Source: an uncultured Gammaproteobacteria bacterium
Lineage (GTDB): Bacteria > Pseudomonadota > Gammaproteobacteria > Eutrophobiales > Eutrophobiaceae
DNA: 64,000 nucleotides
Assembly (NCBI GenBank): GCA_938084745.1
Contig: CALKEZ010000003.1
Location: forward strand, 52,388-116,387
Reading direction: 5' to 3'
Shown here: positions 11,179-24,182 of the stretch, one piece after another
Layout: each line of letters starts with the position of its first letter
How positions within the stretch are numbered: the stretch's first letter is position 1
Translations under genes and position numbers: made by a program
The notes under the pieces: model-generated
The model's input: only the letters and a program-made list of their open reading frames with translations
The model's database searches: none
What the model was told of the DNA's origin: nothing

Positions 11179-11206
11179 GCCAGCTTTAATTTTAGTTAAA
11201 GCTGGC
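11179..11206. terminator. Hairpin between convergent purF and phaP (candidate bidirectional terminator)
   Basis: Perfect 11-bp stem: gccagctttaa (11179-11189) pairs with ttaaagctggc (11196-11206), with a 6-nt loop. There is no clean U-tract on either side. Confidence 0.45.
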
Positions 11207-11217
11207 TTGGAACTATG

Positions 11218-11580
11218 TTAAGCAGATTTCTTGGCAAACGGGACAATAGTAGAAGCTTCTTCTACGCCTTTTTCGACCCATGCGCTCACTTCATCTTTTG
11301 ATTCGTTCATGATGTCAACAGTATTACGTGCAATACCCTGAACCTTTTCACTGGCCTCATTGATCAGCGAAGTCTGGCTGCTCAAAATGTCTTTATAGTC
11401 TTTTGATTTGCCCAGCATTTCCATCTGTGAAGTCACACATTCCAGAGAAAGATTGATAAACGCTTGTTGTTGATCAGAAATCTGACCAGCTATTTTCAAG
11501 TTAATCTTATAAAGTTCTTTGATGGCATCAAAATTTGATTTGCCTAATTTACTCATTGTTTCAAAAATTTCGTTAGTCAT
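11218..11580 (-). CDS. phaP: Phasin (PHA granule-associated protein)
   Basis: The ORF extends to 11625, but ATG 11580 is preceded by AAGGAG (gtAAGGAGtagaacaATG). The 120-aa helical protein has a phasin-like N-terminus (FETMSKLGKSNFDAIKELYKINL). It lies next to phaR. Confidence 0.75.
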   Translation of the reverse strand: MTNEIFETMSKLGKSNFDAIKELYKINLKIAGQISDQQQAFINLSLECVTSQMEMLGKSKDYKDILSSQTSLINEASEKVQGIARNTVDIMNESKDEVSAWVEKGVEEASTIVPFAKKSA

Positions 11581-11621
11581 TGTTCTACTCCTTACATGTA
11601 TATTCACTACACAATTATTGT

Positions 11622-11647
11622 GCAATGCAATAATTATTGCAATGCAG
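11622..11647. promoter_or_regulatory. TGCA-rich palindrome / direct repeat upstream of phaP (candidate PhaR operator)
   Basis: Perfect 16-nt palindrome tgcaataattattgca (11627-11642). The same region contains two overlapping copies of tgcaatgca (11622-11630 and 11639-11647). It lies 42-67 nt upstream of the phaP start. Confidence 0.35.
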
Positions 11648-11776
11648 CATATTACGATTTTAGGGAGCTGTCAACAGGATTATAGGAAGAAACACCAACT
11701 TTTTTGAAATTTATAAGCTATTGTATTTACTATTAAATATAGTAAATATGGCGATTTTAGTAAGCTATATAATCAA

Positions 11777-12253
11777 TTATTCGTTATCTTTTTTAACCTT
11801 GAATGGAGACTTCATGGCTGTTTTAAAGAAGTTTTCTTGCATGGTTTTCCACATTTCAAGGTTCTGTTCAGTGAGTTCAGTCATCGCTGATATAGGGTTG
11901 GTTGTAACCGCAGATTGGAGTTGGTCTTGTAATTGTTTTTGCTGTGTAACGAAAAGATGGATACTTTTTTGCAGGTAATCTCCAGCAACTGATTGAACTG
12001 AATCACCATAAAAACGAATAATATGAGACAGTGCTTGTGTCGTAAAAAGCGGTTCGCCATCATCCTCTTGTTCAGTGATAATTTGTAAAAGAATTGTCCT
12101 GGTGAGATCTTCTTCTGATTTGACATCTTTCACAATGAACTCTTTATTATCAAGTACCAGTTTTTTGATATCTTCCAAAGTGATGTATTTACTTTCTTCC
12201 GTGTCGTAAAGACGACGATTAGGATACTTTTTAATAATACGTTTCTCTTCCAT
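11777..12253 (-). CDS. phaR: Polyhydroxyalkanoate synthesis repressor PhaR
   Basis: 158 aa. The N-terminus IKKYPNRRLYDTEESKYITLEDIKKLV is the PhaR DNA-binding signature. Confidence 0.92.
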   Translation of the reverse strand: MEEKRIIKKYPNRRLYDTEESKYITLEDIKKLVLDNKEFIVKDVKSEEDLTRTILLQIITEQEDDGEPLFTTQALSHIIRFYGDSVQSVAGDYLQKSIHLFVTQQKQLQDQLQSAVTTNPISAMTELTEQNLEMWKTMQENFFKTAMKSPFKVKKDNE

Positions 12254-12506
12254 TTTTCAGTCCTGAATTAATAGAAATTGTGGGTACCTAAACTTAAAAC
12301 TCCACATCTTTAAAAAAACTTCGGAACGAGTCCGTTGTTTACCTATTCTCTTAAGTAACAATTATTAATATAGTCAGGCTTGTTACATAAGCACTTTTTA
12401 AATCTGGTCAATACAGCTTATCTTATAGTCTATAAGATTTACATAATCCTTATTCTACGTGGACTTAGCGATGACTAAGCCCACATAAACGTCTTTATGA
12501 CGATTG

Positions 12507-13691
12507 TTATTTTCTCTCTACGGCCAGAGCAACACCTTGCCCGCCACCGATACAGAGTGTCGCCAGTCCTTTCTTGGCATCGCTGCGTTTCATTTCATGC
12601 AGTAATGTCACCAGGATACGGCAACCGGATGCGCCAATCGGATGTCCAATTGATATTGCGCCACCATTAACATTCACTTTACTCGTGTCCCAACCGACAT
12701 CGCGATTAACAGAGATCGCCTGGGCTGCAAATGCTTCATTTGCTTCGATTAAATCCAACTCATCAACTGTCCAGCCGGCTTTTTTCAAACAGAGTTTGCT
12801 GGCAGGTATAGGTCCGGTGCCCATAATGGCTGGATCTACTCCTGCACTGGAATAGGATTTAATTGTCGCCAACACTTCCAGTCCAAGCTCTTTCGCTTTA
12901 GATTCTGACATAACGAGTACCGCTGCAGCGCCATCATTCAGACCCGATGCATTTGCTGCAGTTACGGTTCCTTCTTTATCAAATGCAGGGCGCATACCTG
13001 AGATACCTTCAGCTGTAACCCCGGCTCTTGGGAATTCATCTTTATTGAAGACTATGGGATCGCCTTTGCGTTGAGGAATTTCAACAGGTGTAATTTGATC
13101 ATCAAATTTCCCCGCCTTTTGTGCAGCTTCAGTTTTCTGTTGAGACGCGGCAGCAAATTCATCCTGTTCTTGCCGAGAAATATCATATTTTTTTGCAATA
13201 TTTTCAGCTGTCACACCCATATGGTAATTGTTAAATGCATCCCATAGGCCATCAACTATCATCGAATCTAACATTTTCCAGTCGCCCATTTTAGTGCCAT
13301 TTCTGGAATTAGGTAATACGTGAGGAGATAGGCTCATGCTTTCCTGGCCTCCGGCGATTATGATCTCGGCATCACCACATTTGATGGCCTGTGCAGCCAA
13401 ATGAACAGTTTTCAGTCCGCTCCCACAAACCTTATTAATTGTCATACAGGGCACTGAATTTGGTAGGCCTGCAATTATCGCGGCTTGTCTTGCTGGATTT
13501 TGTCCTGTGCCTGCGGTCAGAACCTGGCCAAAAATAACTTCGTCGACTTGTTCTGGTTTAATGCCTGACCGCTTTATGACGTCAGCAATAACAGCCGCAC
13601 CTAATGTGTGGGCAGGCAACGTTGCTAGAGAGCCACCAAAATTTCCTACCGCTGTACGAACTGCTGTTACGATGACAACATTATCTGACAT
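12507..13691 (-). CDS. phaA: Acetyl-CoA acetyltransferase (beta-ketothiolase)
   Basis: 394 aa thiolase. It has the active-site Cys context NKVCGSGLK and C-terminal [17 protein letters not shown] and CIGGGQG. SD GGAGGA lies upstream. Confidence 0.93.
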   Translation of the reverse strand: MSDNVVIVTAVRTAVGNFGGSLATLPAHTLGAAVIADVIKRSGIKPEQVDEVIFGQVLTAGTGQNPARQAAIIAGLPNSVPCMTINKVCGSGLKTVHLAAQAIKCGDAEIIIAGGQESMSLSPHVLPNSRNGTKMGDWKMLDSMIVDGLWDAFNNYHMGVTAENIAKKYDISRQEQDEFAAASQQKTEAAQKAGKFDDQITPVEIPQRKGDPIVFNKDEFPRAGVTAEGISGMRPAFDKEGTVTAANASGLNDGAAAVLVMSESKAKELGLEVLATIKSYSSAGVDPAIMGTGPIPASKLCLKKAGWTVDELDLIEANEAFAAQAISVNRDVGWDTSKVNVNGGAISIGHPIGASGCRILVTLLHEMKRSDAKKGLATLCIGGGQGVALAVERK

Positions 13692-13983
13692 GTCTGATTC
13701 CTCCGTTAAGTGTAAAACCGCATCTTGAAATTACTGCTTAAATGGTAAGGCAGTAAATCAGCTAATGATATATTGCGCTGCAACAAAGAGCGCAAATCCT
13801 ACCAGATATTAATGAAAAATGTCCAGTCCATGCTGAATCGTTAATTAAATCATATTTAATGGCATTGCACCTTGATTAAAATCAAACGCGCTTACTTAAA
13901 TAACGAGGTATAAAAGTCTGTAATAAATCAGGCTTGGAGGCGGTTAAAAACTCTCAGTTCGTTTTGCGGGAGGATGGCGTTAT

Positions 13984-15408
<1,425 letters not shown>

Positions 15409-15451
15409 TTAGCGTAAACCTTATTGTTAAAATGCGACAAACCATTTTCGA

Positions 15452-16759
15452 TTAAAGTTGTAACAGAAAACGAGCGGGATCTTCCAACTGTTGTTTGATG
15501 GATACGAGGAACTGAACGGCTTCACGACCATCAATGATCCTGTGATCATAAGACAACGCTACATACATCATGGGACGTATTACAACTTCACCATTTTCTG
15601 CTACAGGTCTTTGCTGGATCGCATGCATACCCAAAATAGCACTTTGTGGTGGATTTATAATCGGCGTTGATAATAAGGAACCAAAGGTACCGCCATTGGT
15701 GATAGTAAATGTGCCTCCGGTTAGGTCTTCCATGGTTAATTTTCCATCTTTGGCCTTCTCACCAAATGCTCTGATCTGAGTTTCGATGCCGGCCAATGAT
15801 AACGTATCACCATCGCGAACAATCGGTACGACAAGACCTCTTGGAGAGCTTACCGCGATACCGATATCGAAATAGCCATGATAAATAATACTTTCACCAT
15901 CAACCGACGCATTAATCACCGGGAATTTCTTTAATGCTTCAATTGCAGCGCGAGTAAAGAAGGACATAAATCCCAGTTTAGTACCATGCGTTTTCTCAAA
16001 TTCGTCTTTATAACGGTTACGAATGTCCATAACCGGTTGCATATTCACTTCATTAAAAGTGGTCAGTATGGCGCTTTCTTGCTGGGCACTAAGCAGTCTC
16101 TCGGCGACACGCTTACGTAATCGCGTCATAGGTACTTTTTCTTCGGGTCTGTCGCCGGTTGAGCTTGTCAACACCGGTACCGGTGCGGGCGATGCCGGCT
16201 GGCTGGCTTTAGCTGTGGTTGTTGGCGTTGCAGCCGGGCTCGCAGAAGATTCGGTTTTTTGTGCGGGAGTCGCATCGGTGGTCGACTTTGTTGACGTGCC
16301 CTCGATATGGCGAAGCACGTCTTCTTTGGTTACTCTATCGCTAGTGGTCGCAATTTCAGTCGCATCCAGTTTATGTTCTTCCAACATGTTCCTGACCGCT
16401 GGACTTAGTTTTGGCACATCCGCTGCAGACGCGCTGGCGGTCTTGACTTCCATTTCCGGTAGCGATTGTTGTTTTGGTTCTGCTGCGCTTGGCGCGGCAG
16501 GTTTTGGACTTTCTCCTTTTGCCTCTGTATCAATTCGTGCGATCACTTCATCGCTGCCAACTGTCTCACCATCACCTCTTAATATTTCAGATATGACGCC
16601 ATCATTCAAAGCAGCAACTTCAAGCGTCACTTTATCAGTTTCAATATCGATAAGATTGTCACCTCGTTTTACTTGATCACCGACACGTTTCTGCCAGTTT
16701 AACAACGTAGCTTCTGCGACAGATTCTGCTAATACAGGGACTTTTACATCAACCAACAC
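15452..16759 (-). CDS. sucB: Dihydrolipoyllysine-residue succinyltransferase (E2 of 2-oxoglutarate dehydrogenase)
   Basis: GTG start with AAGGAGA SD. It has a lipoyl domain ([10 protein letters not shown]), an Ala/Pro-rich linker and the catalytic motif SYDHRIIDG. Confidence 0.95.
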   Translation of the reverse strand: MLVDVKVPVLAESVAEATLLNWQKRVGDQVKRGDNLIDIETDKVTLEVAALNDGVISEILRGDGETVGSDEVIARIDTEAKGESPKPAAPSAAEPKQQSLPEMEVKTASASAADVPKLSPAVRNMLEEHKLDATEIATTSDRVTKEDVLRHIEGTSTKSTTDATPAQKTESSASPAATPTTTAKASQPASPAPVPVLTSSTGDRPEEKVPMTRLRKRVAERLLSAQQESAILTTFNEVNMQPVMDIRNRYKDEFEKTHGTKLGFMSFFTRAAIEALKKFPVINASVDGESIIYHGYFDIGIAVSSPRGLVVPIVRDGDTLSLAGIETQIRAFGEKAKDGKLTMEDLTGGTFTITNGGTFGSLLSTPIINPPQSAILGMHAIQQRPVAENGEVVIRPMMYVALSYDHRIIDGREAVQFLVSIKQQLEDPARFLLQL

Positions 16760-16774
16760 GTTCTTCTCCTTAAA

Positions 16775-19633
16775 TTATCTACGCAATACTGCGTTAATTT
16801 GTTTATGCGTCGTTACTTCCAGCTTATCAAGTTGCAGAGCATCAGAAATCAATTCTTTTTGCTGAGCAAGGTGGACCGGCATTAATCCGGTAGCAGGCGA
16901 GGCTGAGTAAAATCGTCCTGCATAACCAAAGGTATGCTGATCTTTTAGGCAACCAATCATCGTCCCCCTGGATTGCATGTAATACCAGGCGCCCTGATTC
17001 TTGGGCTCTTCTTGTACCCAAACGACTTCTTTTAAATTGTGGTATTGATCCATGATTGCTTTTAAATCATCTCTTGGGAACGGATAGAGCTGTTCTATTC
17101 TCGCTATTGCAATATTCTTAATTTCACTTTCACGACGTTGTTCCAACAAATCAAAATAGACTTTACCACTGCAGAGTAACAAGCGTGTTACTTCATCTTT
17201 ATCAATATCGTCGATTTCATCAATTACCGTCTGAAATTTTCCATTCACTAACTCTTCTAAAGGTGATGTTGATAATTTTCTTCTCAATAAGCTTTTCGGG
17301 CTCATGACAATGAGCGGCTTACGATACGGTCGCAACATTTGTCTTCGTAGCATGTGAAACATTTGTGCTGGCGTACTTGGAAAACAGACTTGCATATTTT
17401 GTTCTGCACAAAGTTGTAAGTAGCGTTCGAGTCGTGCCGAGGAATGTTCCGGTCCCTGACCATCATAACTGTGTGGCAAAAACACTGTTAAACCGCAAAA
17501 GCGCGCCCATTTGGCTTCACAAGAACTGATGAATTGATCAAATACTACCTGTGCGCCATTAGCGAAGTCACCAAACTGTGCCTCCCATAAAACCAGCGCA
17601 TTGGGTTCGGCGCTACTGTAACCATATTCATAAGCGAGTACGGCCTCTTCTGATAGTGTCGAGTTGATAACCAGAAAATTCGGTTGGCCATCTTTTATAT
17701 GTTGCAGAGGCATATAAGTTTGACCATCTTTCATGTTATGAACAATAGCGTGTCGGTGGAAGAATGTGCCGCGGCCGCTGTCTTGTCCTGATATACGGAT
17801 AGGGTAGCCATCATCGATCAAGGATGCATAGGCCATGGTTTCTGCATAACCCCAATCCATCATCACTTCGCCGTTGCCCATTTGTTTGCGGGATTCCATA
17901 ACCTTTGCGACTGCCGGACTTAATTCAAAATCATTAGGAATGGTTGTGGTTAATGCGGTCAATCTGTCAACAGAAGCTTGACTGATATTAGTTTCAACCG
18001 GATGCGTCCATACCGTGCCTATATAACGGGTAAAATTCAGTAAATATTTGGGATTTGCGTGTTCAACATGAGTGCCGGCAACACCTTGGTTACTCTCCAG
18101 CGAATCAATATATTCTTTGGCAATGGCATCTGCTTCTTCCTGGGTAATGACGCCTTCTGCAATCAGTTTGTCTGTGTGTAGTTTACGCACCCCGGGATGT
18201 TGTCGAACCTGCTTATACATTATTGGTTGAGTCGTCATCGGCTCATCAGCTTCGCTATGACCATGTTTACGATAACAAACCATGTCCACAACCACGTCTT
18301 TGTTAAATTCCATCCTGAAATCAAGAGCAAGTTTGGTGACAAACACAACCGCTTCCGGATCATCGCCATTGACATGAAAGATCGGTGCCTGAACCATCTT
18401 TGCCACATCCGTACAATACAATGATGAACGGGAATCAAGCGGGTCACTTGTAGTAAACCCGATCTGATTATTAATGATGATATGTACAGTACCGCCCGTA
18501 GAATAACCACGTGTCTGCGACAGGTTGAAGGTTTCCATAATGACGCCTTGACCGGCAAAAGCGGCATCACCATGTATTAATATAGGCAATACTTCGTTGT
18601 GATCGTAATCCGCACGCCGGTCTTGTCTCGCTCTGACTGAACCTTCTACTACAGGATCGATTATTTCCAGGTGTGAGGGATTAAATGAAAGTGTCAAATG
18701 CACACTCCCGCCGGGTGTACTGATGTCGGACGAATAACCCATATGATATTTCACATCACCCGAGCCAGTGATGGATTCCATCGTCTTGCCTTCAAACTCG
18801 TCGAACAATTCACTTGGCTTCTTACCAATAGCGTTCACCAGGACATTCAGACGACCACGGTGAGCCATACCAATGACCATTTCTTGTATATTTTGTTTTC
18901 CACCGTCCTGGATAATCTCATCCAGTAGTGGAATAAGCGATTCACCACCTTCGATTGAAAAGCGTTTTTGTCCTACGTATTTGGTATGTAAATATTCTTC
19001 TAGTGCATTAGCGTCGATAACACGATCCAGTATTCGTATGCGTTTTTCTCTATCGAAATTTGGTGTCGCCAGGGGCTCTTCGAGGCGTTTTTGTATCCAG
19101 CGTTTTTGCTCGGTCTCATTGATATGCATATATTCTGCGCCAATAGAACCACAATACGTTGTTTTGATAATATGGATGATTTCTCTTAGCGTGATCTCAT
19201 CCGCAGCAAACAGAGAACCTGTATTGAAGGTCTTATCCATATCGTCCTCAGTGAGGCCATGGAAAGCAGGGTCTAGCTCAGGGATATCGGGTCGCTGATA
19301 TTGTTTTAGCGGGTCAAGGTCGCTCTGTCGGTGTCCATTAAAACGATGCGCATTAATTAATTGTAATACTGCCGTTTGTTTCTGGTGTGTAACTGCATCA
19401 GCAGCCGGAGCCTGAATAGTTATGCCCAGTCGGCGGTGTTGTGTGGCGTTGGCATAGGCCTGCTGAATAGGACTATGGGCAATATCTTTCTCACCGACTC
19501 CCTGTTGAAGAGAATCAAAATAGGTTCGCCATTCTGGTTCGACACTATCCGGTTTATTCAGATAGGCCTCGTATAATTCTTCGACAAACCACGCATTTCC
19601 ACTATACAAGCACGAAGGTACCGTATTTTTCAT
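16775..19633 (-). CDS. sucA: 2-oxoglutarate dehydrogenase E1 component
   Basis: 952 aa. It matches the SucA family over its full length (ThDP-binding region GDAAFAGQGV). It forms a sucA-sucB-lpdA operon. Confidence 0.96.
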   Translation of the reverse strand: MKNTVPSCLYSGNAWFVEELYEAYLNKPDSVEPEWRTYFDSLQQGVGEKDIAHSPIQQAYANATQHRRLGITIQAPAADAVTHQKQTAVLQLINAHRFNGHRQSDLDPLKQYQRPDIPELDPAFHGLTEDDMDKTFNTGSLFAADEITLREIIHIIKTTYCGSIGAEYMHINETEQKRWIQKRLEEPLATPNFDREKRIRILDRVIDANALEEYLHTKYVGQKRFSIEGGESLIPLLDEIIQDGGKQNIQEMVIGMAHRGRLNVLVNAIGKKPSELFDEFEGKTMESITGSGDVKYHMGYSSDISTPGGSVHLTLSFNPSHLEIIDPVVEGSVRARQDRRADYDHNEVLPILIHGDAAFAGQGVIMETFNLSQTRGYSTGGTVHIIINNQIGFTTSDPLDSRSSLYCTDVAKMVQAPIFHVNGDDPEAVVFVTKLALDFRMEFNKDVVVDMVCYRKHGHSEADEPMTTQPIMYKQVRQHPGVRKLHTDKLIAEGVITQEEADAIAKEYIDSLESNQGVAGTHVEHANPKYLLNFTRYIGTVWTHPVETNISQASVDRLTALTTTIPNDFELSPAVAKVMESRKQMGNGEVMMDWGYAETMAYASLIDDGYPIRISGQDSGRGTFFHRHAIVHNMKDGQTYMPLQHIKDGQPNFLVINSTLSEEAVLAYEYGYSSAEPNALVLWEAQFGDFANGAQVVFDQFISSCEAKWARFCGLTVFLPHSYDGQGPEHSSARLERYLQLCAEQNMQVCFPSTPAQMFHMLRRQMLRPYRKPLIVMSPKSLLRRKLSTSPLEELVNGKFQTVIDEIDDIDKDEVTRLLLCSGKVYFDLLEQRRESEIKNIAIARIEQLYPFPRDDLKAIMDQYHNLKEVVWVQEEPKNQGAWYYMQSRGTMIGCLKDQHTFGYAGRFYSASPATGLMPVHLAQQKELISDALQLDKLEVTTHKQINAVLRR

Positions 19634-19949
19634 TCTTTGTTCCTTAATATTTCTTTTTATGATTCACTCTGGATATTAATCAGTGTGTTTTACGCAAAAA
19701 AATTGGAAAAATCCATCGTTCAAAATGAATTCCCCTAATCAAAATAATTATCACGTCTAACTATAAGATTTCCTGAACATAATTCCTACAAACCTAGACT
19801 ACTTAAATTATTCACAAACGCAATATTTATGCACAAATCAGACCGTCCCATTATAACTGATCTTGCTGCAATGCCATAAAGGCCTGTATGCTTATGCAAT
19901 TTTGAAATCACTACTACAAATAATAAGACAATAGTTAGGGAGAAGTTCA

Positions 19950-21245
19950 ATGGCTGATACAGTCACAATCACTGATAATCGCACAGGTAAAAAGGTTGAG
20001 TGTCCTATCTTAACCGGGGTTTATGGTGCGCCAGTAATCGACACAAAGACGCTCCATAAAGAACTGGAAATGTTCACTTTTGATCCGGGCTTTGTGACTA
20101 CAGCAGCATGTAAGAGTGCCATTACCTATCTAGACGGCGAAGAAGGAATCCTGCTTCACCGTGGTTATTCTATTGACCAACTGGCTCAAAATAGCTCGTA
20201 TCTGGAAGTCTGTTATCTATTACTTTACGGTGAATTGCCAACGCAAACGCAGTTTGATAGCTTTCGTGGAAATTTAAACAAACGCAATATGGTGCACGAG
20301 CATCTGGAACGTTTTTATACCGGTTATCTTTATGATGCACACCCAATGTCCATGCTTATTGGTGTCACCGGGGCATTATCTTCTTATTATCACGAGGCCA
20401 TGGATATTCATGACCCACTGGATCGGGAATTAACCGCCATTCGGGTCATCGCAAAGATGCCTATATTGGCGGCTCATTGTTACAAGCATTCTGTTGGACA
20501 TCCCTTTGTCTACTCCAGAGATGATTTAGGTTATGTTGAAAATTTCCTGAACATGATGTTTTCAGTACCGATGCGTGAATATGTGCCGAATCCTACCGCG
20601 GTCAAAGCACTAAACTTAATGCTTATCTTGCATGCCGATCATGAGCAAAACGCGTCAACTTCAACAGTCAGATTGGCCGGTAGCGCTGAAGCCAATCCTT
20701 TTGCCTGTATTGCTGCCGGTATTGTTACGCTCTGGGGCAGTGCCCATGGTGGTGCAAATGAAGCAGTACTGAAAATGTTGGCTGAGATTGAGGTCCCGGC
20801 AAACATTCCGAAATTTATTGAACGCGCTAAAGACAAAAACGACAAGTTCAAATTAATGGGTTTTGGTCATCGCGTTTATAAAAATTACGATCCTCGCGCG
20901 ACAATTATTCGTAAGGTTTGTCATGATCTGCTGGACGAAATTGATACCGTTGATCAACCTTTATTTGATATTGCGATGGAACTGGAAGAGATTGCTTTGA
21001 AAGACGAGTATTTTATCGAACGGAAGTTGTATCCTAACGTTGATTTTTATTCCGGCATTATTCTTAAAGCTCTAGGCATCCCTACATCGATGTATACCGT
21101 TATGTTTGCCTTGGCCAGATCTGCTGGTTGGATAGCGCAGTGGCTGGAAATGATGGAAGATCCGGATTTCAAAATTGGTCGTCCGAGACAGCTCTATATT
21201 GGTAAGGAAAAACGCGATTACGTGCCTATTGATAAACGCAAATAA
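19950..21245 (+). CDS. gltA: Citrate synthase (type II)
   Basis: 431 aa. Motifs [11 protein letters not shown] and [13 protein letters not shown] are present. It is divergent from sucA. Confidence 0.96.
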   Translation: MADTVTITDNRTGKKVECPILTGVYGAPVIDTKTLHKELEMFTFDPGFVTTAACKSAITYLDGEEGILLHRGYSIDQLAQNSSYLEVCYLLLYGELPTQTQFDSFRGNLNKRNMVHEHLERFYTGYLYDAHPMSMLIGVTGALSSYYHEAMDIHDPLDRELTAIRVIAKMPILAAHCYKHSVGHPFVYSRDDLGYVENFLNMMFSVPMREYVPNPTAVKALNLMLILHADHEQNASTSTVRLAGSAEANPFACIAAGIVTLWGSAHGGANEAVLKMLAEIEVPANIPKFIERAKDKNDKFKLMGFGHRVYKNYDPRATIIRKVCHDLLDEIDTVDQPLFDIAMELEEIALKDEYFIERKLYPNVDFYSGIILKALGIPTSMYTVMFALARSAGWIAQWLEMMEDPDFKIGRPRQLYIGKEKRDYVPIDKRK

Positions 21246-21291
21246 TTACACTATTAAAACAGTTAAAGATATTGAAAGGAGAATGTAAAGA

Positions 21292-22272
21292 ATGAAACCC
21301 CCTGTTCGTGTTGCAGTCACGGGTGCTGCTGGTCAGATTGGATATTCACTGTTGTTTCGAATTGCCTCCGGGCAAATGCTTGGACCGGATCAACCGGTTA
21401 TATTACAACTCCTGGAAGTCACACCTGCTATGAAGGCGCTGGAAGGCGTAGTAATGGAAATTGATGATTGCGCATTTCCACTTTCGGCTGGCTTCGTATT
21501 GGCGGATGATGCTAATACCGCCTTTAAAGATGCTGATTATGCGTTACTGGTGGGCGCCAAACCACGTGGGCCTGGTATGGAGCGCAGTGATTTGCTCGAA
21601 GCCAACGGCGGCATCTTTAAGATTCAGGGTCAGGCACTGAATGCAAATGCCAGTCGTGATGTAAAAGTTTTGGTCGTTGGAAATCCTGCCAATACCAATG
21701 CACATACGGCCAAGGTGAGTGCACCGGACTTAAATCCACGTAATTTTACTGCCATGACGCGTCTTGACCATAACCGCGCGTTGGCACAACTCGCTGCCAA
21801 AACGAAGAGTGCTGTCAGTGACATTAAGAAAATGACAATATGGGGTAATCATTCGACTACTCAATACCCCGATATTTCTAATGCAACCGTTGCCGGTAAA
21901 GCGGCTAAAGATCTGGTCGATTTTGAATGGTACAAGAATGAATATATTCCTCGCGTTGCTAAACGTGGCGCAGAAATTATCGATGCCAGAGGTGCTTCCA
22001 GCGCTGCATCGGCGGCTAATGGCGCAATTGATCACATTCATAATTGGGTTCTGGGCACAGCGGATGATGATTGGGTCAGTATGGCTGTTCCGAGTGATGG
22101 TAGTTACGGCATACCCGAAGGACTGGTTTATTCATTTCCGGTAACGTGTAAAAATGGCGATTACTCAATTGTCCAAGGTTTGGAAATTGATGAATTTAGT
22201 CAATCAATGATGGATGCGACACAGAAGGAATTGGAAGAAGAAAGAGATGCAGTGGCTAAAATTCTAGACTAG
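21292..22272 (+). CDS. mdh: Malate dehydrogenase
   Basis: 326 aa. It has the NAD motif [12 protein letters not shown] and the catalytic region WGNHS. Confidence 0.95.
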   Translation: MKPPVRVAVTGAAGQIGYSLLFRIASGQMLGPDQPVILQLLEVTPAMKALEGVVMEIDDCAFPLSAGFVLADDANTAFKDADYALLVGAKPRGPGMERSDLLEANGGIFKIQGQALNANASRDVKVLVVGNPANTNAHTAKVSAPDLNPRNFTAMTRLDHNRALAQLAAKTKSAVSDIKKMTIWGNHSTTQYPDISNATVAGKAAKDLVDFEWYKNEYIPRVAKRGAEIIDARGASSAASAANGAIDHIHNWVLGTADDDWVSMAVPSDGSYGIPEGLVYSFPVTCKNGDYSIVQGLEIDEFSQSMMDATQKELEEERDAVAKILD

Positions 22273-22293
22273 ACATTGTTTCTGTTTAAATTT

Positions 22294-22319
22294 AAAAAGG
22301 CCGCTAATGCGGCCTTTTT
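22294..22319 (+). terminator. Rho-independent terminator after mdh
   Basis: Stem aaaaaggccgc / gcggccttttt with loop taat, followed by a T-run to 22324. Confidence 0.85.
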
Positions 22320-22456
22320 ATTTTATCTAAATGGAACATGTACCACGCTATAGTAAGGCATAAGGATGTAAACATCCGTGACTAAAAACATGCTGAAAAT
22401 GTGAGCTTTATAGCTGTATATAGACAGTAAACTAAATTATTTTAAGAAGAAAAAAC

Positions 22457-23113
22457 TCAGGATCGAAAGCTAATAACCGGCCAGCCTTTTTTCTCAGCTT
22501 CTGCTTTTAAAGTTTCATCCGGGTCGACAGCAATAGCATGGTCAACTTGATTTAATAACGGAATATCATTGTGTGAATCGCTGTAAAACCACAGTTCATC
22601 GGGTTGCTGTGCCTGTGTTGTCAGCCAATCATTAAAGCGTATTACTTTACCCTCTGCAAAGGAGGGAGTGCCGACAACCTCGCCAGTATACTGGCCATTG
22701 ATTATCTCGGGTTCGCAAGCAATCAAATGTTCAATATTCAATTCATCTGCAATAGGTTGCGTGATAAATCTGTTTGTTGCGGTTATGATTAATATGACGT
22801 GATTTTGTTGACGGTGATTTTCGATAAATTCTATTGCTTTAGGCAGAATGACCGGCTTAATCTTCTCCTCAATATATTTCTTACGCCAGTTTTCCAGTTG
22901 TTCGCGGTCGTTGTCAGCCAGGGCTTTTAATTGAAACTCGAGAAAAGCATTGATATCAAGTTCGCCCCTAAGATAGTCATTATAATATTTCTCATGTCCG
23001 GCTTTATAAGCTTCGGAATCGACATAGCCATGTTCGCTCAGAAACTCGCCCCAAAGACAATCGCTGTCACCAGCAATCAGGGTATTATCAAGATCAAATA
23101 AAGCAATTTTCAT
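22457..23113 (-). CDS. HAD-IB family hydrolase (SerB-like phosphatase fold)
   Basis: 218 aa. It has HAD motif I FDLDNTL, motif II ITAT and motif IV YSDSHNDIPLL. Confidence 0.8.
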   Translation of the reverse strand: MKIALFDLDNTLIAGDSDCLWGEFLSEHGYVDSEAYKAGHEKYYNDYLRGELDINAFLEFQLKALADNDREQLENWRKKYIEEKIKPVILPKAIEFIENHRQQNHVILIITATNRFITQPIADELNIEHLIACEPEIINGQYTGEVVGTPSFAEGKVIRFNDWLTTQAQQPDELWFYSDSHNDIPLLNQVDHAIAVDPDETLKAEAEKKGWPVISFRS

Positions 23114-23250
23114 ATTTCGGTATCTGTGGTCGTTAAAATTTGAGCCGCTAGTCTAGGAGTTATTCTAAATAAGGCAAATTTTTCCATTAGGTTTGCTTGT
23201 TTTGTCCTATTATTGGAAAATCAACTGTAATTTAATTCGGTGTATCTCTA

Positions 23251-23739
23251 ATGATTGATTCAGAAGGATTCAGGGCAAACGTTGGCATTATACTGACGAA
23301 CGATGATGGACGGGTCTTTTGGGCTCGTCGGCTGGGTATGAATGCGTGGCAGTTCCCCCAGGGCGGTATCAAACAGGACGAATCTCCGGAATCAGCCATG
23401 TACCGTGAACTGAAGGAAGAAACAGGACTAGAGTCTGAGCATGTTGAAATTATTGGCTCGACAGATGATTGGTTGAAATACTGGTTACCCAAGCGCTTCA
23501 TACGCCATAATACTTATCCATTATGTATCGGACAGAAACAAATCTGGTATTTGCTCAGATTAATCGCAGATGAAAGTTATGTGGACCTGACCCACTCTCA
23601 AGAACCCGAGTTTGATCTATGGAAGTGGGTCGATGTCTGGGATCCGATTGAAGAGGTTGTCTCATTTAAACGCAATGTTTATGAGCAGGCCTTGAAACAA
23701 TTAGCACCCTTTATTTCTGCTGGATTCGGGCGCAGCTAG
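23251..23739 (+). CDS. rppH: RNA pyrophosphohydrolase (Nudix)
   Basis: 162 aa. It starts [10 protein letters not shown] and carries the Nudix box [23 protein letters not shown]. Confidence 0.93.
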   Translation: MIDSEGFRANVGIILTNDDGRVFWARRLGMNAWQFPQGGIKQDESPESAMYRELKEETGLESEHVEIIGSTDDWLKYWLPKRFIRHNTYPLCIGQKQIWYLLRLIADESYVDLTHSQEPEFDLWKWVDVWDPIEEVVSFKRNVYEQALKQLAPFISAGFGRS

Positions 23740-23764
23740 AGTAAGGCCGCTTGATCCAGAGCGG

Positions 23765-24139
23765 TTATTGACTTTGTGCCGCTTTAAAACGCATCACATT
23801 AGACAGTAATTTGTTCGCGGATTTATTACTGATACTACTGACAAAACGTTTCATTGCTTCAGGTGCATAATTTTCCGAGATTAAAAACTCATAGAGACTT
23901 TCAAGATGAATCGCACATTCTTTCATCGCGTGGTCGGTTATGATTCTGGCATCCGCTTGTAGTTGAAGTTGGTCGATGGCAAATTGATTCAGGCATTCAT
24001 TATATTCTGCTGACGATTCCCTGACCTTTTGATATTCTTCCTGACTCATCTGCCCGGAAGTTTTGTATTCTGCATAAACATTTAGGCTCATAAGTGTAAG
24101 GGAGAAAGCCAGGTAGAAACCGATTCTAGAACGCATCAT
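23765..24139 (-). CDS. Hypothetical secreted protein (124 aa)
   Basis: It has an N-terminal signal peptide (LAFSLTLMSLNVYA/EY), a helical body and two Cys residues. I did not recognise a family. Confidence 0.5.
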   Translation of the reverse strand: MMRSRIGFYLAFSLTLMSLNVYAEYKTSGQMSQEEYQKVRESSAEYNECLNQFAIDQLQLQADARIITDHAMKECAIHLESLYEFLISENYAPEAMKRFVSSISNKSANKLLSNVMRFKAAQSQ

Positions 24140-24182
24140 ATTTCCTCATATTATTTATTTTCAGAATAAGAACAACAATAAC

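Noticed and set aside
12458..12483. A hairpin gtggacttag-cgatga-ctaagcccac downstream of phaA. Similar weak hairpins lie at 13773-13795, 37509-37548 and 56423-56443.
   Set aside because: They have imperfect or AT-rich stems and no U-tracts. They may be weak terminators or attenuators, but the sequence alone does not support annotating them.
16023..16676. A 217-aa plus-strand ORF inside sucB.
   Set aside because: It is antisense to the Ala/Pro-rich linker and lipoyl region of sucB. It is a low-complexity shadow ORF, and sucB is unambiguous.
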